A DNA stretch of 64,000 bases. Source: Octopus bimaculoides (Eukaryota). Under the pieces are notes generated by a model. The model was not told the DNA's origin, searched no databases, and saw nothing but the letters and a program-made list of their open reading frames with translations. The position numbers and the translations under genes are program-made. This document shows, piece by piece, positions 54,036 through 64,000 of the stretch (the stretch's first letter is position 1; each line of letters opens with the position of its first letter). The stretch covers positions 41,717,293 through 41,781,292 of the forward strand of contig NC_068994.1 of the NCBI RefSeq assembly GCF_001194135.2. Reading direction: 5' to 3'.

Positions 54036-54958
54036 TGACAATAAGCATAAGATAGTGTCAACAGTGGTTTTTTGCTTCAAGTAAATGCTTTACAAAGGGA
54101 AAACTTATGTTATTATATAGATAAGTCCTTTCAAACTTTTGATAATTTTGAAATTTAATTTTAATACATGGACAATGTGTTTGAGATGAAAGATGTTCAT
54201 AAAATGGCTAAAAGTAATTTAGATCATGCTTGAAAGTTTAGTAGGAAAAAGAACAAATAACAGTAAAAACTTCTATATTAAGTAAATGTCCAAATTTCAA
54301 AAATCCTCTCAAACATACAAGCCAGAACAAAAATGTAAAATAAAATGAATTGAAGAATTTATAATGGAAACAATATTGTACTCATATTGGGTACATTTGT
54401 TTTACAGCCATAAAAGCAGGAAGCTGATGAACTTGTCAAAGAAGTTTGTTCTGCAATTCTTATGTCTATCAGTGACAACACATAACATGCTTGACATATC
54501 AAAAATAAACCTTTTATATTTTTGCCATTAATTTTCGGAAGACACGGTCAAGATGAAAGCAAAAGTCGTTCATTACTTAGTAGAGTTTACTTGCACAAAT
54601 GTTGGCTTTTATTTATATAGAATTTATAATCATATGCTAAGAACATTAACCGTTAGTGAATGGTGAAGATGTCAGGATAACCTTCTTAGTAAGGCATTAG
54701 TCACAGAAGCCACAACATACAAACAGACAAGCAGACAAATAAACAAGGAAAACAAGACACATCAGTCCCTGTTAGGAATTGAGATTTATTGATTCTCTCT
54801 GAATGATAAAAGGGTTGCTATTTCAATTTTGGCAGAGCCTCATCTGAATTCAGTGGCAGCATGAGAGGAATAAGAAATAGTGGTGGTTAACATGGTCAGA
54901 GATCATAGCCTATATAAGACCGCAATGTTCTTTCATCACATTTCTATAATACACTGAC

Positions 54959-55196
54959 CACATGATATATTGTCCCTTGTTGCCTTATCACATGACACAT
55001 TGACACATGATTCATTGACAAATGTTACTTTGTCATGAAACTCACAGTCATGTGATGTTATAGAATAAACTGACACATGGTGTTCAGACACAAGATATCT
55101 TTTTCACTTTTCACTCTATGAGATTTTCCATCACATGTAACATTACTATGATGTAATGTTGCCATGTAAAATTGTTACATAACAGATTTTCACATG
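54959..55196. promoter_or_regulatory. Cluster of seven CACATG/CATGTG E-boxes with a PAR-bZIP D-box
   Basis: CACATG at 54959, 54989, 55004, 55074, 55132 and 55191; CATGTG at 55049; GTTACATAAC at 55174-55183. Function is unproven. Confidence 0.25.
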
Positions 55197-56997
55197 ACAT
55201 TTTGTAACATCGTACATTTACTACACTTTTTTTTACATAATCTCTTGGAACATGACATAGTCTTAAATGTGTCAAACATTCCACAGGAAAACTTCAAGAC
55301 CAAGAACTAACAGTCAGATTTAAAGCAATGTTCAGCTTACAAAAATATTCCTAAGAGAAAATCTTCAAGTATAATATGTCTTTCAAGAGCCAAAAAAAAA
55401 AAAAGGTCTGTGGAAGAAATTAGTTGTTGCTATTGATTCTATGGAAATAATATCATGGGATTGGATTACAAAATATATGATGAAAACAGGAGAAATTCAC
55501 TGGATTAACTTTGGTCAGTTGTGAACAATACCTCAAGCAAGCTGAACCAGACGGTAAAAAATATTTTGGTTAAAATTTTTTTCTGTCTACAAAATCTGGC
55601 ACATCTTAAAATGTCTGAAACATTTGAAACTAATTTACCTGATGTGATGTAGTTGGAGGTGTGTTGCACTAATTTTTGATATGATAGTTTCAGTTTCAAA
55701 AAGAATAATTCAATCTGAAAATGCTTAATCATCACCTGATAATTTTAGATTATGAATGAAGCGTTTGGAAAGATTAGAATAACTTACTTAATATCTTGCT
55801 AAACAGATTAATGGTTCTTAATGTATGACTGATAAATTAAAGTAATTTTGTTATGATAGTTTGTTCATTCATTTGTTTATAATGTTTTGTCCATGCTAGA
55901 ATAGACTGGACAGGTACACGTTTGAGCCAGCATTTTAAATTGTCTGATTCTTTTCTTGTCAGTAACCCTTATTAGTTATTTTTTTCATGTAAAGGATATT
56001 CATGTAAAGGATATTCCAGAGGATCTCTGTAAGCACAGAGTGACCAAACAGAATGTCAGCAAAACATGTGAAAATGAAACCATTTTCTTCAAGTGAAGGT
56101 ATGAGATGTCAGCATTTATGCACATCCACACATATAGGCACATACACATATAGGCACATACACATACACACACATAAAATCACAAACACACACACACACA
56201 CCTACAATCACATATATGTCTGTATGTATTTCTGTGTGTGTATGCAACAGGCATCATTCAGTTTCCAGCAGCCAATTTCATTGACAAGATATTTCTAAGA
56301 TTGACATTATAGTAAAATACAGTTGCCAAAGGTGCCACTCTTTACCAATGAAACCAAAGTCACATGGCTGCAAAGCAAACTTCTTAATGACACAGCTATG
56401 CAGCCAAGCCTGTTTCATAGAGGCAAGGATCAACATTTACTGGGTGTGTCTAGCATGTTGAAAATTATGGTTTCTGATTGGTATAACCTGCATCTAATGC
56501 TTGTTACCTATGAGTATTGCACAAGGCAAAGATAATACAATTCAATTGATTTCTCAATAAAATAGCCTGAGTAATGTTTGTTTAACTATCAAGTTTAGCA
56601 ACTTGACTGCTATTATTTTGCACTCAGCTAATATTTGACTGGTTTAGAAAACTAATAGTATGGTCATAACCAGCAACAACTCCACCATCGACACACCAAC
56701 AGATCAGTTTCATACTCCTACTTCATATAAGTGAGAAAAACAAAAAAAGCAAGGTTTAAATTTACTAAATATTACTATGAGGAGTTCAATTAGTATTCGA
56801 AATGAAGATGCAGTCTCAGTAACTCACACAGGTGCAGGCATAGATGTGTGGTGGGGAAGGTTTGCTTTTGCGATGACAACTTGGGCAAGTGTCTTCCACT
56901 ATAACCACAAGCCTTGTGAGTTGATTTGGCAGAGAGAAACTGTATGAAAGCCTGTCACACACACACATGCACACATTGATTTTAAATATATATATAT

Positions 56998-57490
56998 CAT
57001 CATCATCATCATCATTATCATTGTTGAACGCCTGCTTTCCATGCTGGCATGGGTTGGACGGTTTGACTGAGGACTGGTGAACCAGGTGGCTACACCAGGC
57101 TCCAATCTGACCTGGCAGAGTTTCTACAGCTGGATGCCTTTCCTAACGCCAACCACTCTGAGAGTGTAGTGGGTGCTTTTACAGGCCACCGGCATGAGGG
57201 CCAGTCAGGTTGTACTGGAAATGGCCATGCTCAAATGGTGTTTTTTTACGTGCCACCTGCATAGGAGCCAGTCCAGCGGCACTGGCAACAACGTCGCTCG
57301 AATGTTGTTTTTCACATGCCACCAGCACAAGTGCCCGTAATGCAACACTGGTAATGATCATGCTCGAATGATGCTTTTTACATGCCACCAGCACGGGAGC
57401 CAGTCAGCAGCCCTAGCAATGATCATGCTCGGATGGTGCTCTTAGCGCTTCACTGGCACGGATGCCAGTCATGCTGTGCTGTCATCGAAT
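56998..57490 (+). mobile_element. Long (CAT)n-family repeat with internal units of about 60 bp
   Basis: The family end is followed by repeated GCCACC...GCCAGT...CTGG(C/T)AA...GCTC(A/G)(A/G)ATG units. The same units occur at 63770-64000. Confidence 0.8.
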
Positions 57491-57505
57491 TTGATTTTGA
57501 GACAT

Positions 57506-57543
<38 letters not shown>

Positions 57544-58391
57544 GTATAAATATGTAATGAGTGATAGGAGCAGTGTGAGTGCTAAGCAGCAACCATCATA
57601 TCCTACATAAGATGGATACATTGTAAGAGGACTATATACTGTAGTACATCTATAACAGATGTTCTCTTAAGATGAATAACACAGAATTATAGTGTTCTTA
57701 CAATATATCGATATTAAGTAGGATATAAAGATTGCTTTTGCACACACACACACGCGTATTTATGTATGTCTGCATGTTTGTATCATCATTCTCTTGATTT
57801 GATATATATATATATGTGTGTGTCTGTGTGTGTGTATGGTGGAGTGTTGTATGTGTGTGTGTGTTAGTATTTCTTCGTATTTGGCCTCCACCACTTGACA
57901 ATTGGTGTCAGCTTGTTTTTCGACCCATAACTCATCAGTCCAGCAAAAGGAACTGGTAGAATAAGTACCAGGCAAACAATTTTCTTTGACTGAATCCTTC
58001 AAGGCATTGTCCCAGCATAGCTGTAATCCATAAACTGAAACAAGTAAAAGAATTATAGAATACAACAGAACCAATATCCCATGATCCTCTATTTTAAACC
58101 TCAGATCTGTTCGTTTTTCCTAAACATTCTTTAAAGTATTATCTCTCTCAAGAATGTGAAGTTTCAAAATGGACAGACAGAAGAATTCTGAATTAAAACC
58201 AAAATGAATTGATGCCTTAAGATTCTGTTCTATTGGAATGGATGGGCTGACTAAAATAGATTGGTAGATTTGGGATCTGAATTTAAATTCCGTCAACAAT
58301 ATATGAGAATTTTAATCTGTGGGATTGTTAAAATAAGAATCAGTATATTTTACTAATGGATGTAGCCAAAGACTAAATTCTGCTCATGATC

Positions 58392-58423
<32 letters not shown>

Positions 58424-58878
58424 TAAAACAAAAGACCAAATAGTTAAAAGACATTTGAAACACTAAGTGAAAAAATCAAAATTCTTTAAAAAATTATTAA
58501 CCAGCACCAAATTACTGCAGAAAAATGCAACTGTCAAACAGTATGGATGCCTAGCAGTGGAAATTTTTTTTTGCCGTATTAGTGTGGTACAAATTATGAA
58601 TTTAGATAAAAATGGATAGTTACCATAAAGAAACCCTTCACTTGCGTATCAGGAAATTTAATTTGTTATTACGTTTAACTAGTATAATGAAGAATATATA
58701 GCATAAACACGCTTCATTACCAGAGAAAGAATACTTGTGCAACATCAACAAAAATGACATTCCAGTATCAGACAAGTACTCATTAGGGTACATTTGGATT
58801 AATGAGTGACAAATAAATTGCTGAAATACCCTGTTTTACCATTGAACCAATATGCTACCAGTATTACTAATCAAATAA

Positions 58879-59323
58879 GGCAGTGAGCTGGCAGAACTGT
58901 TTGCATGCTGGGCAAAATGTTAGTGGCATTTCATTTGTTTATAAATTCTGAGTTCAAATTCCAACAAGGTTGACCTCATCTTACAGCCTTTTGGGATCAA
59001 TAAAATAAATACCAATTGAGCACTGGAGTTAATGTAATCAATTTTCCTCCTCCCCTGAAATTGCTGGCCTTGTGCTAAGACGTGAAATTAATATCATTAA
59101 TTAAACAAAGTAGTGAGCTGATGGAAGTGTTAGTGCACTGGGCAAATGCTTAGCGTCATTTCGTCCATCTTTACATTTTGAAAACAAATTCTACCAAGGT
59201 CGACTTTGTCTTTCATCCTTTCAGGGGTCAACAGAATAAGTACCAGTTGAATACTGGGGTCGATGCAGTTGAACTTACCTCCTCTCCCAAAACTGTTAGC
59301 CCAGTGCCAAAATTTGAAATCAA
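58879..59323 (+). mobile_element. Two head-to-tail SINEs enclosed by one 17-bp direct repeat
   Basis: TATTACTAATCAAATAA at 58862-58878 and 59324-59340. Both monomers resemble the 37897 SINE. Confidence 0.75.
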
Positions 59324-59646
59324 TATTACTAATCAAATAAAGATGATTAAAGAAAGTGTATTAATTTATTCAGAACTACCAATCTCATTTAAGTCAAAGC
59401 CGTTATAGAATGTCAATTAATGCTAACATAATTATCATACGTGACTCAATTCTCAGCTGTAAAGTAATACTTGTCATCTGCCAGGTGTACTGTTAGGAAA
59501 AGAATAAAATATCTTGTCTGCAATTGCATCATAACTCATGCGACAATGATTTGAGATTATGGGTTCACCTCTTCTTTCTACACTGCACCTTATTATTGTA
59601 TACCTTTGTATACTTTTTTTCATGTATATACACACACACATGCATA

Positions 59647-59815
59647 TCATCATCATCATCATCATCATCATTTAACGTCCGCTTTCCATGCTAGCATGGG
59701 TTGGACGATTTGACTGAGGACTGGTGCAACCGGATGGCTACACCAGGCTCCAATCTAATTTGGCAGAGTTTCTACAGCTGGATGCCCTTCCTAACACCAA
59801 CCACTCAGAGAGTGT
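59647..59815 (+). mobile_element. SINE-like repeat, (CAT)n-associated family
   Basis: Near-identical to 40608-40803. Confidence 0.85.
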
Positions 59816-60804
59816 GTATATATATATATATATATATACAACATATATAGGAAAATGTTAATATAATGCACACACTCACACACACATTTATGCATAAACT
59901 TGCAAAGGCACATACACACATGTATAATACTTTGTGAATACACATTCACACACACAAACATACAAATGCATGGACTTACAAACACACATATACATACACA
60001 AACACACACCTGCACAAACTGGTGAACACACATATGCATTCACATGTGCATAGACTTACCAACTCACACCTACGCATAAATGCGTAGACTAATGAAAACA
60101 CACAAACATTTAGATGATAATAATGATGTACACTTCCTGAAGAGCAATATTTATGACCACCTCTGCTTCTGAACAGAACTGATCTGAAAATTTAGTAAAA
60201 CAATATTCACAAGAGATATTCCTATCTGCAAGTAATAATTGATACCATCAGTATTGAGTGGAAACAATAAAAAGTAATAAAATGTATATTTGATGTCACT
60301 TCTACACATACATGTAAACAGCCACTATGTATGTAGGTTTATGTATTATGTATGTGTTTTTGTGTGTATACATTTATGCATGTATATGAATATATATGAA
60401 TAGACATATATATATGAATATATATATATATGTGTGTATATACACACACACACATAGTCTCCAATATATATATATATATATAAATATATATCAAAACAGG
60501 TATTATTTATTCACCATTACACATGTTTCATTTGCTAATAGGAATTACAAAATTGTACATGTAGTCGAAACATGTAAGAAATTTCCTATCAATAATACTT
60601 CAGACAGAGAATCAAATAATACAGCATTTGGATGAAGCACTTATATACAGTCACTTAGTAATCAGGAGTTGTATAGATAGTTTAGATAGAGAATGAAGAA
60701 CAAATCTGAGTGTACAGTAAGAAGAGAGTTAGGGATAGGAGAAAGAGGTGTAACTTACATATGTACATGTATAAAAGCAAAAAGTACTACATATGTATAT
60801 ATGA

Positions 60805-61057
60805 ATAAATGCGCCCTTTTAAAGCCTAGCCAGGCACATGGGCCCGGTTTCTCAGTTTCAATGGTGTATGGGTTCCCCAGCTGGATGGGACGCCAGTCCA
60901 TCGCAGCGTTACTCATTTTTTCCAGCTGAGTGGACTTGAGCAACATGAAATGAAGTGTTTTGTTCAAGAACTCAATGCGTCGCCCGGTCCAGGAATCAAA
61001 ACCACAATCTTATGATCATGATGCTGACACCCTAACCACTAAGCCACATGCCTCCAC
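60805..61057 (-). mobile_element. tRNA-derived SINE variant
   Basis: Ends CCTAACCACTAAGCCACATGCCTCCAC, the reverse complement of the A-box head. It carries the TTGTTCAAGAAC core. Confidence 0.8.
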
Positions 61058-61559
61058 ACATATGTATATATATATATAAAAAGGTAAATGAAACAAAAAT
61101 TTATTTGGGAAAAACAGATAGATAGGATTCAATGTGAATGCTGACATTTTATAATGTAGCTTTTTTTCTCACATAGCTTAAACAGAGAATAAGAACAGCA
61201 TTTTATGTGTCTATATAGACAGACATTCATACCCATGCACACACACCTGCACGCTTTATATTGCAGATAAACTACAACATAGGCAAATATGTAAAAACAC
61301 ATACATATATATGAGTACACGAAAAACATATTCATGAATATGATTTAGGCATTTCAATTGGTAACAAAAATTATTTTTGAAATGTGCCTCATGCAAATTA
61401 CAATTGTATTTTATTAAGTGAAAATGTAATGTAAGACACCTAGTACACTCTGTGAAATGGTTGGTGCTAGGAAGGGCATCTAGCCATATAGAGAAGCCAA
61501 AACAGACTGGAGTCTGGTGCAGCTCTCCAGCTTACCATCTCCAGTCAAACTGTCTAGCT

Positions 61560-61843
61560 CAGTGGTTCCCAAAGTTGGCAGTACTGCCCCCTGGAAGTGG
61601 TGGAAAGATCCAGGAAATTGTTAGAGAAAGTGGAACAATAATGGAGTGGCCAAAATGGATGAATGTAAAAATAACAATGTAATGGGTTGATTAGGTTAAG
61701 TTTGCTTTATAAATACAGTCGTTTTGAATTTACTACAGAAAGTGGTCTATGTTCGTAGTGGTCATGAGTAGGAAGAGGTTGATGCTAGAAATGTGGCCAG
61801 GGTGCCAAGGAGGCAGCAACCCAAAAGAGTTTGGAAACCACTT
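61560..61843. mobile_element. hAT-type MITE
   Basis: Terminal inverted repeats CAGTGGTTCCCAAA...TTTGGAAACCACT. No clean TSD. Confidence 0.6.
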
Positions 61844-61932
61844 GTTTAACCTATGCCAACATGGAAAACGGATGTTTGATAATGATGATGAACATGGAAA
61901 ACGAATGATGATAATGATGATGAAAGTGTGTG

Positions 61933-61972
<40 letters not shown>

Positions 61973-62241
61973 TATATGTGGATTTGTGAACAATCATGTC
62001 CATATATGTTTGATTCTTTATATGGGTACACACACACTCACACACATATATATATATATATACACATGCATTCATTATTGTTGTGCATATGTACATGCAC
62101 ATGAAATGCATGTACTTGTGTACATGCATGTAACTGTGTAATGGTAAGAAATATCAAAAAATTTTCCAACTTTTTGTTTTGATATATAATTATTCTGCAA
62201 ATAATGTTTCCAGAATGTGTACATCACATAAATATAACAAC

Positions 62242-62937
62242 TACAAGGTGTCCCAAAAGTTACTGATGGGTTTTAAGTTTTAGTAACTTCTTTAACTTTA
62301 CAAATAAATCCATGAAATGTTGATACAATATAAAGAACATAATGGAAATTAATATGCACTAGTCAAATTTTGCAACACCACTACATCACATATGAAAAAT
62401 AACATCACTTAAATTGTATCCCCCACAAGAAAAAATCTGGGTTAGTCAAGTCTAGGGGATGTGAAGGCTAGTTGACATTGCTGTAATGGGAGATTATTCT
62501 CTTTCCAAAGCACTGCCATAGCAACTGCATTGTTTTTCTTGTGATATGAGCAATTGCCCCCATCTTGCTGGAACTATGTGTGAGGTCTACTTTGAATAGC
62601 CAGGTGCAAAAAGGTCTCAGTCATGGATACCTGAAAGAAAGGGTTTATGTCAACAAACTGGAGACCCTGGTGCAACTGAAGGAGAACACCAATAGAGAAA
62701 TCAGAGAAGTGGGGTCTGAAACTTTTGAGGGTGTTATGGTGCAAGTTTTAGAAAGAGCACAGGCATTTGAAGCCGAAAATGGCTGCCTATTAAGCAATGT
62801 CATTTTTCCTATGTGATGTAGTGGTATTGCAAAATTTGACTTATGCATATCAATTTCTATTATGTTCTTTGTAAAGCATCAAGATTTTATGAATTTATTA
62901 AATTGAAACTAATCAGTGACTTTTGGAACACCCTGTA
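62242..62937. mobile_element. Tc1/mariner-superfamily (maT/DD37D-like) foldback derivative made of two inverted 3' ends
   Basis: TA-flanked TIRs CAAGGTGTCCCAAAAGT / ACTTTTGGAACACCCTG, with arms of about 150 bp. The minus strand gives FQQDGAIAHIT...PSHPLDLTNPDFFLWG and the plus strand gives GYLKERVYVNKLETLVQLKEN...ENGCLLSNVIF. Confidence 0.85.
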
Positions 62938-63021
62938 CATATGGAAATGCAATACTAGAATAAGCAAATGTACTTCAAAAGGAGGGCACAGCTTGGATTC
63001 TAACCCTACCTACATAATATA

Positions 63022-63061
<40 letters not shown>

Positions 63062-63117
63062 CATATCAATTAATAGATAGATAGAAAGATCAATAGATAG
63101 ATAAATAGATAAATAAA

Positions 63118-63449
63118 GGCCCCCTTTAGTCATAAATGACCATGGGTTTTCACCTAGAAAGTTACCCTCCCAAACACAAGTCTGGGCATGGTTGTTTATG
63201 GAAGATTAATAGTCTCATGCATACCAGCCTTCCCACTCCATGTCACCGATGTTATCCAAGGGAAAGTCAAAAGCCAATACAGCTTGACACCATTGACATC
63301 GCAACTCATTTCTACAGATGAGTGAACTGAAGTAATGTAAAATAAAGTGCCTTGCTCAAGAACACAACACACAGCCCAGTCCAGGAATCAAACTCACTAC
63401 CTCATGATTGTGAGCCTGGCACTCTTATTACTGAGTTGTGCACCTTCAC
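63118..63449 (-). mobile_element. tRNA-derived SINE (family of 16680)
   Basis: Reverse complement of 16680-17015. Confidence 0.88.
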
Positions 63450-64000
63450 AGATGGATAGGCAGACTTGAAATGGTCCCCCTCAGTGCAGTTCAAAGAACA
63501 TTAAGTTTAATTCTGTTTGGACACTAGCATTCTATGGATTGCATGACAAAAACCACTTCCAAGTTAACATGCTTACATCCTTCTCAAGGGTAATATGAGA
63601 GAAAATATACTACTTAAAAAATATAACAAAAAAATGTGGTTCAAATGTTGGTTGTTGATAGATTGACTAATGTATCGACATTTGATTGATCATGGACCTT
63701 CGATTTGAACATTTACTGAATCAACTCTGGTTTATAGAATAGCTGAACCTAAAACGTTTCATTTTGAGTAATAAAAATAATAGAGTAGCGGTCTCGCTCC
63801 CATGCCGGTGGCACATAAAAAGCACCGTTTGAGCGTGATCGTTTCCAGCTTTGCCTTACTGGCACTTGTGCTGGTGGCATGTGAACAAAACATAGGCTGA
63901 CTCCTGTGCAGGTNNNNNNNNNNTTGAGCATGGCCATTGCCAGTATGGCCGGACTGGCCTTCATGCTGGTAGCACGTAAAAAACACTGACTACACTCACG

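Noticed and set aside
57185-57480. Repeat-spacer-like array of about 60-bp units
   Set aside because: The units are degenerate internal repeats of a dispersed SINE-like family (also at 63770-64000), not a CRISPR array.

Overview
AT-rich eukaryotic DNA dense in microsatellites, with about ten N-gaps. The SINE, MITE and LINE families match those I recall from octopus genomes, so the host assignment is an inference. I could not identify any host protein-coding gene. Nearly all listed ORFs are microsatellite, gap or antisense-repeat artefacts, so the window is most likely intronic or intergenic. The supportable content is a transposon landscape: a decayed but near-complete CR1/L2-type LINE ORF2 (35.9-39.3 kb, minus), a Penelope-like element with a GIY-YIG domain (43.1-44.4 kb), RTE and RLE-clade LINE fragments, four Tc1/mariner relics (two with one end inverted-duplicated), piggyBac-type and hAT-type MITEs, and many tRNA-derived SINEs. 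The least explained signals are a six-unit TGACC(T) array in DR4 spacing (31715-31770), a perfect plus a near-perfect ERE-type palindrome (10583-10693), a CACATG E-box cluster with a D-box (54959-55196), a 287-bp palindrome (40878-41164) and degenerate ribozyme-like motifs in retroelement ends. I found no convincing new biological system; these are leads only. Element boundaries were read by eye and are approximate unless a TSD or TIR is quoted.
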